Part shown: positions 1 to 15,000 of the stretch, in pieces | How the letters are laid out: the number at the start of each line of letters is the position of its first letter | Position numbering within the stretch: the first letter of the stretch is position 1 | DNA from: Lingula anatina | Lineage: Eukaryota > Animalia > Brachiopoda | Direction of reading: 5' to 3' | DNA: 64,000 nt | NCBI GenBank assembly: GCA_051362555.1 | Contig: CM120643.1 | Span: 12,994,644-13,058,643, forward strand | Notes under the pieces: generated by a model | What the model saw: only the letters and a program-made list of their open reading frames with translations | Databases searched by the model: none | Told to the model about the DNA's origin: nothing | Position numbers and translations under genes: made by a program

Positions 1-3000
1 TTCATGACTTTTTGGAAAAATTGGTGACGGGTCATTTTTGGGTGATTTTGAGTGATTTTCGCAAGGTCCGGATATGGCAGTTTTCTTCAATTTTGACCAG
101 GTAGGGATGAAAAATTTTTTTTCTTCAATATTGTTTCAGGTAGATGTGTTTGGTCATTTGTAGTGAGGGTAAAGTACTGGAAGAGTGGTTTTGTCATTAT
201 TAAGGAAGAAATAGAACAAAAACTCTCTCCACCCCCCCCTCTCTCTCCAAATCCTGTTCTCAGGTGTGCTTTCTGGTAATCTTAAAAGCTGAAATTGGGG
301 GCTTTAATCACGTGATCTGGGCGCGTTTCCACATTTTTTATGAATGACAGGTGTGGTAAATTGATTTTCATGACTTTTTGGAGAAATTGGTGACGGGTCA
401 TTTTTGGGTGATTTTCGTAAGGTCCGGATATGGCAGTATTCTTCAATTTTGACCAGGTAGGGATGAAAAAATTTTTTCTTCAATATTGTGTCAGGTAGGT
501 GTGTTTGGTCATTTGTAGTGAGGGTAAAGTACTGGAAGAGTGGTTTTGTCATTATTAAGGAAATAATAGAGCAAAAACTCTCTCCACCCCACCCCCCTCT
601 CTCCAAATCCTGTTCTCAGGTGTGCTTTCTGGCAATCTTTAAAGCTGAAATTGAGGGCTTTAATGAAGTGATCCGGGCGCGTTTCCACATTTTTTATGAA
701 TGACAGGTGTGATAAATTGATTTTCATGACTTTTTGGAAAAATTGGTGACGGGTCACTTTTGGGTGATTTTGAGTGATTTTTGTAAGGTCCGGATATGGC
801 AGTTTTCTTCAATTTTGACCAGGTAGGGATGAAAAATTTTTTTCTTCAATATTTTGTCAGGTAGGTGTGTTTGGTCATTTGTAGTGAGGGTAAAGTACTG
901 GAAGAGTGGTTTTGTCTTTTTAAGGAAGAAATAGTGCAAAAACTCTCTCCACACCCCCCCCTCTCTCCAAATCCTGTTCTCAGATGTGCTTTCTGGCAAT
1001 CATTAAAGCTGAAATTGGGGGCTTTAATGAAGTGATCCGGGCGTGTTTCCACATTTTTTATGAAAGACAGGTGTGGTAAATTGATTTTCATGACCTTTTG
1101 GAGAAATTGGTGACGTGTCATTTTTGGGTGATTTTGAGTGATTTTCGTTAGGTCCGGATATGGTAGTTTTCTTCAATTTTGGCCAGGTAGGGATGAAAAA
1201 TTTTTTTCTTCAATATTGTGTCAGGTAGGTGTGTTTGGTCATTTGTAGTGAGGGTAAAGTACTGGAAGAGTGGTTGTGTCATTATTAAGGAAGAAATAGA
1301 GCAAAAACTCTCTCCACCCCCCCCCCCCTCTCTCTCCAAATCCTGTTCTCAGGTGTGCTTTCTGGCAATCTTTAAAGCTGAAATTGGGGGCTTTAATGAA
1401 GTGATCCGGGCGCGTTTCCACATTTTTTATGAATGACAGGTGTGATAAATTGATTTTCATGACTTTTTGGAAAAATTGGTGACGGGTCATTTTTGGGTGA
1501 TTTTGAGTGATTTTCGTAAGGTCCGGATATGGCAGTTTTCTTCAATTTTGACCAGGTAGGGATGAAAAATTTTTTTCTTCAATATTGTGTCAGGTAGGTG
1601 TGTTTGGTCATTTGTAGTGAGGGTAAAGTACTGGAAGAGTGGTTGTGTCATTATTAAGGAAGAAATAGAGCAAAAACTCTCTCCACCCCCCCCCCCCCCC
1701 CCTCTCTCTCCAAATCCTGTTCTCAGGTGTGCTTTCTGGCAATCTTTAAAGCTGAAATTGGGGGCTTTAATGAAGTGATCCGGGCGCGTTTCCACATTTT
1801 TTATGAATGACAGGTGTGATAAATTGATTTTCATGACTTTTTGGAAAAATTGGTGACGGGTCATTTTTGGGTGATTTTGAGTGATTTTCGTAAGGTCCGG
1901 ATATGGCAGTTTTCTTCAATTTTGACCAGGTAGGGATGAAAAATTTTTTTCTTCAATATTGTGTCAGGTAGGTGTGTTTGGTCATTTGTAGTGAGGGTAA
2001 AGTACTGGAAGAGTGGTTTTGTCATTATTAAAGAAAAAACAGAGCAAAAACTCTCTCCACCCCCCCCCCACCCCCCCTCTCTCCAAATCCTGTTCTCAGG
2101 TGTGCTTTCTGGCAATGTTTAAAGCTGAAATTGGGGGCTTTAACGAAGTGATCCGGGCGCGTTTCCACATTTTTTATGAATGACAGGTGTGATAAATTGA
2201 TTTTCATGACTTTTTGGAAAAATTGGTGACGGGTCATTTTTGGGTGATTTTGAGTGATTTTCGTAAGGTCCGGATATGGCAGTTTTCTTCAATTTTGACC
2301 AGGTAGGGATGAAAAATTTTTTTCTTCAATATTGTGTCAGGTAGGTGTGTTTGGTCATTTGTAGTGAGGGTAAAGTACTGGAAGAGTGGTTTTGTCATTA
2401 TTAAGGAAGAAATAGAGCAAAAACTCTCTCTCCCCCCCCCCCCCCTCTCTCTCCAAATCCTGTTCTCAAGTGTGCTTTCTGGCAATCTTTAAAGCTGAAA
2501 TTGGGGGCTTTAATGAAGTGGTCCGGGCGCGTTTCCACATTTTTTATGAATGACAGGTGTGGTAAATTGATTTTCATGACTTTTTGGAGAAATTGGTGAC
2601 GTGTCATTTTTGGGTGATTTTGAGTGATTTTCGTTAGGTCCGGATATGGTAGTTTTCTTCAATTTTGGCCAGGTAGGGATGAAAAATTTTTTTCTTCAAT
2701 ATTGTGTCAGGTAGGTGTGTTTGGTCATTTGTAGTGAGGGTAAAGTACTGGAAGAGTGGTTGTGTCATTATTAAGGAAGAAATAGAGCAAAAACTCTCTC
2801 CACCCCCCCCTCTCCAAATCCTGTTCTCAGGTGTGCTTTCTGGCAATCTTTAAAGCTGAAATTGGGGGCTTTAATGAAGTGATCCGGGCGCGTTTCCACA
2901 TTTTTTATGAATGACAGGTGTGGTAAATTGATTTTCATGACTTTTTGGAGAAATTGGTGACGGGTCATTTTTGGGTGATTTTGAGTGATTTTCGTTAGGT

Positions 3001-6000
3001 CCGGATATGGTAGTTTTCTTCAATTTTGGCCAGGTAGGGATGAAAAATTTTTTTCTTCAATATTGTGTCAGGTAGGTGTGTTTGGTCATTTGTAGTGAGG
3101 GTAAAGTACTGGAAGAGTGGTTGTGTCATTATTAAGGAAGAAATAGAGCAAAAACTCTCTCCAAATCCTGTTCTCAGGTGTGCTTTCTGGCAATCTTTAA
3201 AGCTGAAATTGGGGGCTTTAATGAAGTGGTCCGGGCGCGTTTCCACATTTTTTATGAATGACAGGTGTGGTAAATTGATTTTCATGACTTTTTGGAGAAA
3301 TTGGTGACGGGTCATTTTTGGGTGATTTTGAGTGATTTTCGTTAGGTCCGGATATGGTAGTTTTCTTCAATTTTGGCCAGGTAGGGATGAAAAATTTTTT
3401 TCTTCAATATTGTGTCAGGTAGGTGTGTTTGGTCATTTGTAGTGAGGGTAAAGTACTGGAAGAGTGGTTGTGTCATTATTAAGGAAGAAATAGAGCAAAA
3501 ACTCTCTCCACCCCCCCCCCCCCTCTCTCTCCAAATCCTGTTCTCAGGTGTGCTTTCTGGCAATCTTTAAAGCTGAAATTGGGGGCTTTAATGAAGTGAT
3601 CCGGGCGCGTTTCCACATTTTTTATGAATGACAGGTGTGATAAATTGATTTTTATGACTTTTTGGAAAAATTGGAGACGGGTCATTTTTGGGTGATTTTG
3701 AGTGATTTTCGTAAGGTCCGGATATGGCAGTTTTCTTCAATTTTGACCAGGTAGGGATGAAAAATTTTTTTCTTCAATATTGTGTCAGGTAGGTATGTTT
3801 GGTCATTTGTAGTGAGGGTAAAGTACTGGAAGAGTGGTTTTGTCATTATTAAGGAAGAAATAGAGCAAAAACTCTCTCCACCCCCCCCCCCTCTCTCTCC
3901 AAATCCTGTTCTCAGGTGTGCTTTCTGGCAATCTTTAAAGCTGAAATTGGGGGCTTTAATGAAGTGGTCCGGGCGCGTTTCCACATTTTTTATGAATGAC
4001 AGGTGTGGTAAATTGATTTTCATGACTTTTTGGAGAAATTGGTGACGGGTCATTTTTGGGTGATTTTGAGTGATTTTCGTTAGGTCCGGATATTGTAGTT
4101 TTCTTCAATTTTGGCCAGGTAGGGATGAAAAATTTTTTTCTTCAATATTGTGTCAGGTAGGTGTGTTTGGTCATTTGTAGTGAGGGTAAAGTACTGGAAG
4201 AGTGGTTGTGTCATTATTAAGGAAGAAATAGAGCAAAAACTCTCTCCACCCCCCCCTCTCCAAATCCTGTTCTCAGGTGTGCTTTCTGGCAATCTTTAAA
4301 GCTGAAATTGGGGGCTTTAATGAAGTGATCCGGGCGCTTTTCCACATTTTTTATGAATGACAGGTGTGGTAAATTGATTTTCATGACTTTTTGGAGAAAT
4401 TGGTGACGGGTCATTTTTGGGTGATTTTGAGTGATTTTCGTTAGGTCCGGATATGGTAGTTTTCTTCAATTTTGGCCAGGTAGGGATGAAAAATTTTTTT
4501 CTTCAATATTGTGTCAGGTAGGTGTGTTTGGTCATTTGTAGTGAGGGTAAAGTACTGGAAGAGTGGTTGTGTCATTATTAAGGAAGAAATAGAGCAAAAA
4601 CTCTCTCCAAATCCTGTTCTCAGGTGTGCTTTCTGGCAATCTTTAAAGCTGAAATTGGGGGCTTTAATGAAGTGGTCCGGGCGCGTTTCCACATTTTTTA
4701 TGAATGACAGGTGTGGTAAATTGATTTTCATGACTTTTTGGAGAAATTGGTGACGTGTCATTTTTGGGTGATTTTGAGTGATTTTCGTTAGGTCCGGATA
4801 TGGTAGTTTTCTTCAATTTTGGCCAGGTAGGGATGAAAAATTTTTTTCTTCAATATTGTGTCAGGTAGGTGTGTTTGGTCATTTGTAGTGAGGGTAAAGT
4901 ACTGGAAGAGTGGTTGTGTCATTATTAAGGAAGAAATAGAGCAAAAACTCTCTCCACCCCCCCCCCCCTCTCTCTCCAAATCCTGTTCTCAGGTGTGCTT
5001 TCTGGCAATCTTTAAAGCTGAAATTGGGGGCTTTAATGAAGTGATCCGGGCGCGTTTCCACATTTTTTATGAATGACAGGTGTGATAAATTGATTTTCAT
5101 GACTTTTTGGAAAAATTGGTGACGGGTCATTTTTGGGTGATTTTGAGTGATTTTCGTAAGGTCCGGATATGGCAGTTTTCTTCAATTTTGACCAGGTAGG
5201 GATGAAAAATTTTTTTCTTCAATATTGTGTCAGGTAGGTGTGTTTGGTCATTTGTAGTGAGGGTAAAGTACTGGAAGAGTGGTTGTGTCATTATTAAGGA
5301 AGAAATAGAGCAAAAACTCTCTCCACCCCCCCCCCCCCTCTCTCTCCAAATCCTGTTCTCAGGTGTGCTTTCTGGCAATCTTTAAAGCTGAAATTGGGGG
5401 CTTTAATGAAGTGATCCGGGCGCGTTTCCACATTTTTTATGAATGACAGGTGTGGTAAATTGATTTTCATGACTTTTTGGAGAAATTGGTGACGGGTCAT
5501 TTTTGGGTGATTTTGAGTGATTTTCGTTAGGTCCGGATATTGTAGTTTTCTTCAATTTTGGCCAGGTAGGGATGAAAAATTTTTTTCTTCAATATTGTGT
5601 CAGGTAGGTGTGTTTGGTCATTTGTAGTGAGGGTAAAGTACTGGAAGAGTGGTTGTGTCATTATTAAGGAAGAAATAGAGCAAAAACTCTCTCCACCCCC
5701 CCCCCTCTCCAAATCCTGTTCTCAGGTGTGCTTTCTGGCAATCTTTAAAGCTGAAATTGGGGGCTTTAATGAAGTGATCCGGGCGCGTTTCCACATTTTT
5801 TATGAATGACAGGTGTGGTAAATTGATTTTCATGACTTTTTGGAGAAATTGGTGACGGGTCATTTTTGGGTGATTTTGAGTGATTTTCGTTAGGTCCGGA
5901 TATGGTAGTTTTCTTCAATTTTGGCCAGGTAGGGATGAAAAAATTTTTTCTTCAATATTGTGTCAGGTAGGTGTGTTTGGTCATTTGTAGTGAGGGTAAA

Positions 6001-9000
6001 GTACTGGAAGAGTGGTTGTGTCATTATTAAGGAAGAAATAGAGCAAAAACTCTCTCCAAATCCTGTTCTCAGGTGTGCTTTCTGGCAATCTTTAAAGCTG
6101 AAATTGGGGGCTTTAATGAAGTGGTCCGGGCGCGTTTCCACATTTTTTATGAATGACAGGTGTGGTAAATTGATTTTCATGACTTTTTGGAGAAATTGGT
6201 GACGGGTCATTTTTGGGTGATTTTGAGTGATTTTCGTTAGGTCCGGATATGGTAGTTTTCTTCAATTTTGGCCAGGTAGGGATGAAAAATTTTTTTCTTC
6301 AATATTGTGTCAGGTAGGTGTGTTTGGTCATTTGTAGTGAGGGTAAAGTACTGGAAGAGTGGTTGTGTCATTATTAAGGAAGAAATAGAGCAAAAACTCT
6401 CTCCACCCCCCCCCCCCCTCTCTCCAAATCCTGTTCTCAGGTGTGCTTTCTGGCAATCTTTAAAGCTGAAATTGGGGGCTTTAATGAAGTGATCCAGGCG
6501 CGTTTCCACATTTTTTATGAATGACAGGTGTGATAAATTGATTTTCATGACTTTTTGGAAAAATTGGTGACGGGTCATTTTTGGGTGATTTTGAGTGATT
6601 TTCGTAAGGTCCGGATATGGCAGTTTTCTTCAATTTTGACCAGGTAGGGATGAAAAATTTTTTTCTTCAATATTGTGTCAGGTAGGTGTGTTTGGTCATT
6701 TGTAGTGAGGGTAAAGTACTGGAAGAGTGGTTGTGTCATTATTAAGGAAGAAATAGAGCAAAAACTCTCTCCACCCCCCCCCCCCCTCTCTCTCCAAATC
6801 CTGTTCTCAGGTGTGCTTTCTGGCAATCTTTAAAGCTGAAATTGGGGGCTTTAATGAAGTGATCCGGGCGCGTTTCCACATTTTTTATGAATGACAGGTG
6901 TGATAAATTGATTTTCATGACTTTTTGGAAAAATTGGTGACGGGTCATTTTTGGGTGATTTTGAGTGATTTTCGTAAGGTCCGGATATGGCAGTTTTCTT
7001 CAATTTTGACCAGGTAGGGATGAAAAATTTTTTTCTTCAATATTGTGTCAGGTAGGTGTGTTTGGTCATTTGTAGTGAGGGTAAAGTACTGGAAGAGTGG
7101 TTGTGTCATTATTAAGGAAGAAATAGAGCAAAAACTCTCTCCACCCCCCCCCCCCCCCTCTCTCTCCAAATCCTGTTCTCAGGTGTGCTTTCTGGCAATC
7201 TTTAAAGCTGAAATTGGGGGCTTTAATGAAGTGATCCGGGCGCGTTTCCACATTTTTTATGAATGACAGGTGTGGTAAATTGATTTTCATGACTTTTTGG
7301 AGAAATTGGTGACGGGTCATTTTTGGGTGATTTTGAGTGATTTTCGTTAGGTCCGGATATTGTAGTTTTCTTCAATTTTGGCCAGGTAGGGATGAAAAAT
7401 TTTTTTCTTCAATATTGTGTCAGGTAGGTGTGTTTGGTCATTTGTAGTGAGGGTAAAGTACTGGAAGAGTGGTTGTGTCATTATTAAGGAAGAAATAGAG
7501 CAAAAACTCTCTCCACCCCCCCCCCCCTCTCCAAATCCTGTTCTCAGGTGTGCTTTCTGGCAATCTTTAAAGCTGAAATTGGGGGCTTTAATGAAGTGAT
7601 CCGGGCGCGTTTCCACATTTTTTATGAATGACAGGTGTGGTAAATTGATTTTCATGACTTTTTGGAGAAATTGGTGACGGGTCATTTTTGGGTGATTTTG
7701 AGTGATTTTCGTTAGGTCCGGATATGGTAGTTTTCTTCAATTTTGGCCAGGTAGGGATGAAAAAATTTTTTCTTCAATATTGTGTCAGGTAGGTGTGTTT
7801 GGTCATTTGTAGTGAGGGTAAAGTACTGGAAGAGTGGTTGTGTCATTATTAAGGAAGAAATAGAGCAAAAACTCTCTCCAAATCCTGTTCTCAGGTGTGC
7901 TTTCTGGCAATCTTTAAAGCTGAAATTGGGGGCTTTAATGAAGTGGTCCGGGCGCGTTTCCACATTTTTTATGAATGACAGGTGTGGTAAATTGATTTTC
8001 ATGACTTTTTGGAGAAATTGGTGACGGGTCATTTTTGGGTGATTTTGAGTGATTTTCGTTAGGTCCGGATATGGTAGTTTTCTTCAATTTTGGCCAGGTA
8101 GGGATGAAAAATTTTTTTCTTCAATATTGTGTCAGGTAGGTGTGTTTGGTCATTTGTAGTGAGGGTAAAGTACTGGAAGAGTGGTTGTGTCATTATTAAG
8201 GAAGAAATAGAGCAAAAACTCTCTCCACCCCCCCCCCCCCCCTCTCCAAATCCTGTTCTCAGGTGTGCTTTCTGGCAATCTTTAAAGCTGAAATTGGGGG
8301 CTTTAATGAAGTGATCCGGGCGCGTTTCCACATTTTTTATGAATGACAGGTGTGATAAATTGATTTTCATGACTTTTTGGAAAAATTGGTGACGGGTCAT
8401 TTTTGGGTGATTTTGAGTGATTTTCGTAAGGTCCGGATATGGCAGTTTTCTTCAATTTTGACCAGGTAGGGATGAAAAATTTTTTTCTTCAATATTGTGT
8501 CAGGTAGGTGTGTTTGGTCATTTGTAGTGAGGGTAAAGTACTGGAAGAGTGGTTTTGTCATTATTAAGGAAGAAATAGAGCAAAAACTCTCTCCACCCCC
8601 CCCCCCCCCTCTCTCTCCAAATCCTGTTCTCAGGTGTGCTTTCTGGCAATCTTAAAAGCTGAAATTGGGGGCTTTAATGAAGTGATCCGGGCGCGTTTCC
8701 ACATTTTTTATGAATGACAGGTGTGGTAAATTGATTTTCATGACTTTTTGGAGAAATTGGTGACGGGTCATTTTTGGGTGATTTTGAGTGATTTTCGTTA
8801 GGTCCGGATATTGTAGTTTTCTTCAATTTTGGCCAGGTAGGGATGAAAAATTTTTTTCTTCAATATTGTGTCAGGTAGGTGTGTTTGGTCATTTGTAGTG
8901 AGGGTAAAGTACTGGAAGAGTGGTTGTGTCATTATTAAGGAAGAAATAGAGCAAAAACTCTCTCCACCCCCCCCCCCTCTCCAAATCCTGTTCTCAGGTG

Positions 9001-12000
9001 TGCTTTCTGGCAATCTTTAAAGCTGAAATTGGGGGCTTTAATGAAGTGATCCGGGCGCGTTTCCACATTTTTTATGAATGACAGGTGTGGTAAATTGATT
9101 TTCATGACTTTTTGGAGAAATTGGTGACGGGTCATTTTTGGGTGATTTTGAGTGATTTTCGTTAGGTCCGGATATGGTAGTTTTCTTCAATTTTGGCCAG
9201 GTAGGGATGAAAAAATTTTTTCTTCAATATTGTGTCAGGTAGGTGTGTTTGGTCATTTGTAGTGAGGGTAAAGTACTGGAAGAGTGGTTGTGTCATTATT
9301 AAGGAAGAAATAGAGCAAAAACTCTCTCCAAATCCTGTTCTCAGGTGTGCTTTCTGGCAATCTTTAAAGCTGAAATTGGGGGCTTTAATGAAGTGGTCCG
9401 GGCGCGTTTCCACATTTTTTATGAATGACAGGTGTGGTAAATTGATTTTCATGACTTTTTGGAGAAATTGGTGACGGGTCATTTTTGGGTGATTTTGAGT
9501 GATTTTCGTTAGGTCCGGATATGGTAGTTTTCTTCAATTTTGGCCAGGTAGGGATGAAAAATTTTTTTCTTCAATATTGTGTCAGGTAGGTGTGTTTGGT
9601 CATTTGTAGTGAGGGTAAAGTACTGGAAGAGTGGTTGTGTCATTATTAAGGAAGAAATAGAGCAAAAACTCTCTCCACCCCCCCCCCCCCCCCTCTCCAA
9701 ATCCTGTTCTCAGGTGTGCTTTCTGGCAATCTTTAAAGCTGAAATTGGGGGCTTTAATGAAGTGATCCGGGCGCGTTTCCACATTTTTTATGAATGACAG
9801 GTGTGATAAATTGATTTTCATGACTTTTTGGAAAAATTGGTGACGGGTCATTTTTGGGTGATTTTGAGTGATTTTCGTAAGGTCCGGATATGGCAGTTTT
9901 CTTCAATTTTGACCAGGTAGGGATGAAAAATTTTTTTCTTCAATATTGTGTCAGGTAGGTGTGTTTGGTCATTTGTAGTGAGGGTAAAGTACTGGAAGAG
10001 TGGTTTTGTCATTATTAAGGAAGAAATAGAGCAAAAACTCTCTCCACCCCCCCCCCCCTCTCTCTCCAAATCCTGTTCTCAGGTGTGCTTTCTGGCAATC
10101 TTTAAAGCTGAAATTGGGGGCTTTAATGAAGTGATCCGGGCGCGTTTCCACATTTTTTATGAATGACAGGTGTGGTAAATTGATTTTCATGACTTTTTGG
10201 AGAAATTGGTGACGGGTCATTTTTGGGTGATTTTGAGTGATTTTCGTAAGGTCCGGATATGGCAGTTTTCTTCAATTTTGGCCAGGTAGGGATGAAAAAT
10301 TTTTTTCTTCAATATTGTGTCAGGTAGGTGTGTTTGGTCATTTGTAGTGAGGGTAAAGTACTGGAAGAGTGGTTTTGTCATTATTTAGGAAGAAATAGAG
10401 CAAAAACTCTCTCCACCCCACCCCCCTCTCTCCAAATCCTGTTCTCAGGTGTGCTTTCTGGCAATCTTTAAAGCTGAAATTGGGGGCTTTAATGAAGTGA
10501 TCCGGGCGCGTTTCCACATTTTTTATGAATGACAGGTGTGGTAAATTGATTTTCATGACTTTTTGGAGAAATTGGTGACGGGTCATTTTTGGGTGATTTT
10601 GAGTGATTTTCGTTAGGTCCGGATATGGTAGTTTTCTTCAATTTTGGCCAGGTAGGGATGAAAAATTTTTTTCTTCAATATTGTGTCAGGTAGGTGTGTT
10701 TGGTCATTTGTAGTGAGGGTAAAGTACTGGAAGAGTGGTTGTGTCATTATTAAGGAAGAAATAGAGCAAAAACTCTCTCCACCCCCCCCCCCCCCCCCTC
10801 TCTCCAAATCCTGTTCTCAGGTGTGCTTTCTGGCAATCTTTAAAGCTGAAATTGGGGGCTTTAATGAAGTGATCCGGGCGCGTTTCCACATTTTTTATGA
10901 ATGACAGGTGTGATAAATTGATTTTCATGACTTTTTGGAAAAATTGGTGACGGGTCATTTTTGGGTGATTTTGAGTGATTTTCGTAAGGTCCGGATATGG
11001 CAGTTTTCTTCAATTTTGACCAGGTAGGGATGAAAAATTTTTTTCTTCAATATTGTGTCAGGTAGGTGTGTTTGGTCATTTGTAGTGAGGGTAAAGTACT
11101 GGAAGAGTGGTTGTGTCATTATTAAGGAAGAAATAGAGCAAAAACTCTCTCCACCCCCCCCCCCCCCCTCTCTCTCCAAATCCTGTTCTCAGGTGTGCTT
11201 TCTGGCAATCTTTAAAGCTGAAATTGGGGGCTTTAATGAAGTGATCCGGGCGCGTTTCCACATTTTTTATGAATGACAGGTGTGGTAAATTGATTTTCAT
11301 GACTTTTTGGAGAAATTGGTGACGGGTCATTTTTGGGTGATTTTGAGTGATTTTCGTAAGGTCCGGATATGGCAGTTTTCTTCAATTTTGGCCAGGTAGG
11401 GATGAAAAATTTTTTTCTTCAATATTGTGTCAGGTAGGTGTGTTTGGTCATTTGTAGTGAGGGTAAAGTACTGGAAGAGTGGTTTTGTCATTATTTAGGA
11501 AGAAATAGAGCAAAAACTCTCTCCACCCCACCCCCCTCTCTCCAAATCCTGTTCTCAGGTGTGCTTTCTGGCAATCTTTAAAGCTGAAATTGGGGGCTTT
11601 AATGAAGTGATCCGGGCGCGTTTCCACATTTTTTATGAATGACAGGTGTGGTAAATTGATTTTCATGACTTTTTGGAGAAATTGGTGACGGGTCATTTTT
11701 GGGTGATTTTGAGTGATTTTCGTTAGGTCCGGATATGGTAGTTTTCTTCAATTTTGGCCAGGTAGGGATGAAAAATTTTTTTCTTCAATATTGTGTCAGG
11801 TAGGTGTGTTTGGTCATTTGTAGTGAGGGTAAAGTACTGGAAGAGTGGTTGTGTCATTATTAAGGAAGAAATAGAGCAAAAACTCTCTCCAAATCCTGTT
11901 CTCAGGTGTGCTTTCTGGCAATCTTTAAAGCTGAAATTGGGGGCTTTAATGAAGTGGTCCGGGCGCGTTTCCACATTTTTTATGAATGACAGGTGTGGTA

Positions 12001-15000
12001 AATTGATTTTCATGACTTTTTGGAGAAATTGGTGAGGGGTCATTTTTGGGTGATTTTGAGTGATTTTCGTTAGGTCCGGATATGGTAGTTTTCTTCAATT
12101 TTGGCCAGGTAGGGATGAAAAATTTTTTTCTTCAATATTGTGTCAGGTAGGTGTGTTTGGTCATTTGTAGTGAGGGTAAAGTACTGGAAGAGTGGTTGTG
12201 TCATTATTAAGGAAGAAATAGAGCAAAAACTCTCTCCACCCCCCACCCCCCTCTCTCTCCAAATCCTGTTCTCAGGTGTGCTTTCTGGCAATCTTTAAAG
12301 CTGAAATTGGGGGCTTTAATGAAGTGATCCGGGCGCGTTTCCACATTTTTTATGAATGACAGGTGTGATAAATTGATTTTCATGACTTTTTGGAAAAATT
12401 GGTGACGGGTCATTTTTGGGTGATTTTGAGTGATTTTCGTAAGGTCCGGATATGGCAGTTTTCTTCAATTTTGACCAGGTAGGGATGAAAAATTTTTTTC
12501 TTCAATATTGTGTCAGGTAGGTGTGTTTGGTCATTTGTAGTGAGGGTAAAGTACTGGAAGAGTGGTTTTGTCATTATTAAGGAAGAAATAGAGCAAAAAC
12601 TCTCTCCACCCCCCACCCCCCCCCCCCCCTCTCTCTCCAAATCCTGTTCTCAGGTGTGCTTTCTGGCAATCTTTAAAGCTGAAATTGGGGGCTTTAATGA
12701 AGTGGTCCGGGCGCGTTTCCACATTTTTTATGAATGACAGGTGTGGTAAATTGATTTTCATGACTTTTTGGAGAAATTGGTGACGGGTCATTTTTGGGTG
12801 ATTTTGAGTGATTTTCGTTAGGTCCGGATATTGTAGTTTTCTTCAATTTTGGCCAGGTAGGGATGAAAAATTTTTTTCTTCAATATTGTGTCAGGTAGGT
12901 GTGTTTGGTCATTTGTAGTGAGGGTAAAGTACTGGAAGAGTGGTTGTGTCATTATTAAGGAAGAAATAGAGCAAAAACTCTCTCCACCCCACCCCCCCTC
13001 TCCAAATCCTGTTCTCAGGTGTGCTTTCTGGCAATCTTTAAAGCTGAAATTGGGGGCTTTAATGAAGTGATCCGGGTGCGTTTCCACATTTTTTATGAAT
13101 GACAGGTGTGATAAATTGATTTTCATGACTTTTTGGAAAAATTGGTGACGGGTCATTTTTGGGTGATTTTGAGTGATTTTCGTAAGGTCCGGATATGGCA
13201 GTTTTCTTCAATTTTGACCAGGTAGGGATGAAAAATCTTTTTCTTCAATATTGTGTCAGGTAGGTGTGTTTGGTCATTTGTAGTGAGGGTAAAGTACTGG
13301 AAGAGTGGTTTTGTCATTATTAAGGAAGAAATAGAGCAAAAACTCTCTCCCCCCCCCCCTCTCTCTCCAAATCCTGTTCTCAGGTGTGCTTTCTGGCAAT
13401 GTTTAAAGCTGAAATTGGGGGCTTTAATGAAGTGATCCGGGCGCGTTTCCACATTTTTTATGAATGACAGGTGTGGTAAATTGATTTTCATGACTTTTTG
13501 GAGAAATTGGTGACGGGTCATTTTTGGGTGATTTTGAGTGATTTTCGTAAGGTCCGGATATGGCAGTTTTCTTCAATTTTGGCCAGGTAGGGATGAAAAA
13601 TTTTTTTCTTCAATATTGTGTCAGGTAGGTGTGTTTGGTCATTTGTAGTGAGGGTAAAGTACTGGAAGAGTGGTTTTGTCATTATTTAGGAAGAAATAGA
13701 GCAAAAACTCTCTCCACCCCACCCCCCTCTCTCCAAATCCTGTTCTCAGGTGTGCTTTCTGGCAATGTTTAAAGCTGAAATTGGGGGCTTTAATGAAGTG
13801 ATCCGGGCGCGTTTCCATATTTTTTATGAAAGACAGGTGTGGTAAATTGATTTTCATGACTTTTTGGAAAAATTGGTGACGTGTCATTTTTGGGTGATTT
13901 TGAGTGATTTTCGTAAGGACCGGATATGGCAGTTTTCTTCAATTTTGGCCAGGTAGGGATGAAAAATTTTTTTCTTCAGTATTGTCAGGTAGGTGTGTTT
14001 GGTCATTTGTAGTGAGGGTAAAGTACTGGAAGAGTGGTTGTGTCATTATTAAGGAAGAAATAGAGTCAAAACTCTCTCTACCCCTCACCCTCTCCAAATC
14101 CTGCTCTTAGGTGTGCTTTCTGGCAATCTTTAAAGCTGAAATTGGGGGCTTTAATGAAGTGATCCGGGCGCGTTTCCACATTTTTTATGAATGACAGGTG
14201 TGGTAAATTGATTTTCATGACTTTTTGGAGAAATTGGTGACGGGTCATTTTTGGGTGATTTTGAGTGATTTTCGTTAGGTCCGGATATGGTAGTTTTCTT
14301 CAATTTTGGCCAGGTAGGGATGAAAAAATTTTTTCTTCAATATTGTGTCAGGTAGGTGTGTTTGGTCATTTGTAGTGAGGGTAAAGTACTGGAAGAGTGG
14401 TTGTGTCATTATTAAGGAAGAAATAGAGCAAAAACTCTCTCCAAATCCTGTTCTCAGGTGTGCTTTCTGGCAATCTTTAAAGCTGAAATTGGGGGCTTTA
14501 ATGAAGTGGTCCGGGCGCGTTTCCACATTTTTTATGAATGACAGGTGTGGTAAATTGATTTTCATGACTTTTTGGAGAAATTGGTGACGGGTCATTTTTG
14601 GGTGATTTTGAGTGATTTTCGTTAGGTCCGGATATGGTAGTTTTCTTCAATTTTGGCCAGGTAGGGATGAAAAATTTTTTTCTTCAATATTGTGTCAGGT
14701 AGGTGTGTTTGGTCATTTGTAGTGAGGGTAAAGTACTGGAAGAGTGGTTGTGTCATTATTAAGGAAGAAATAGAGCAAAAACTCTCTCCACCCCCCCCCC
14801 CCCCCCCTCTCCAAATCCTGTTCTCAGGTGTGCTTTCTGGCAATCTTTAAAGCTGAAATTGGGGGCTTTAATGAAGTGATCCGGGCGCGTTTCCACATTT
14901 TTTATGAATGACAGGTGTGATAAATTGATTTTCATGACTTTTTGGAAAAATTGGTGACGGGTCATTTTTGGGTGATTTTGAGTGATTTTCGTAAGGTCCG

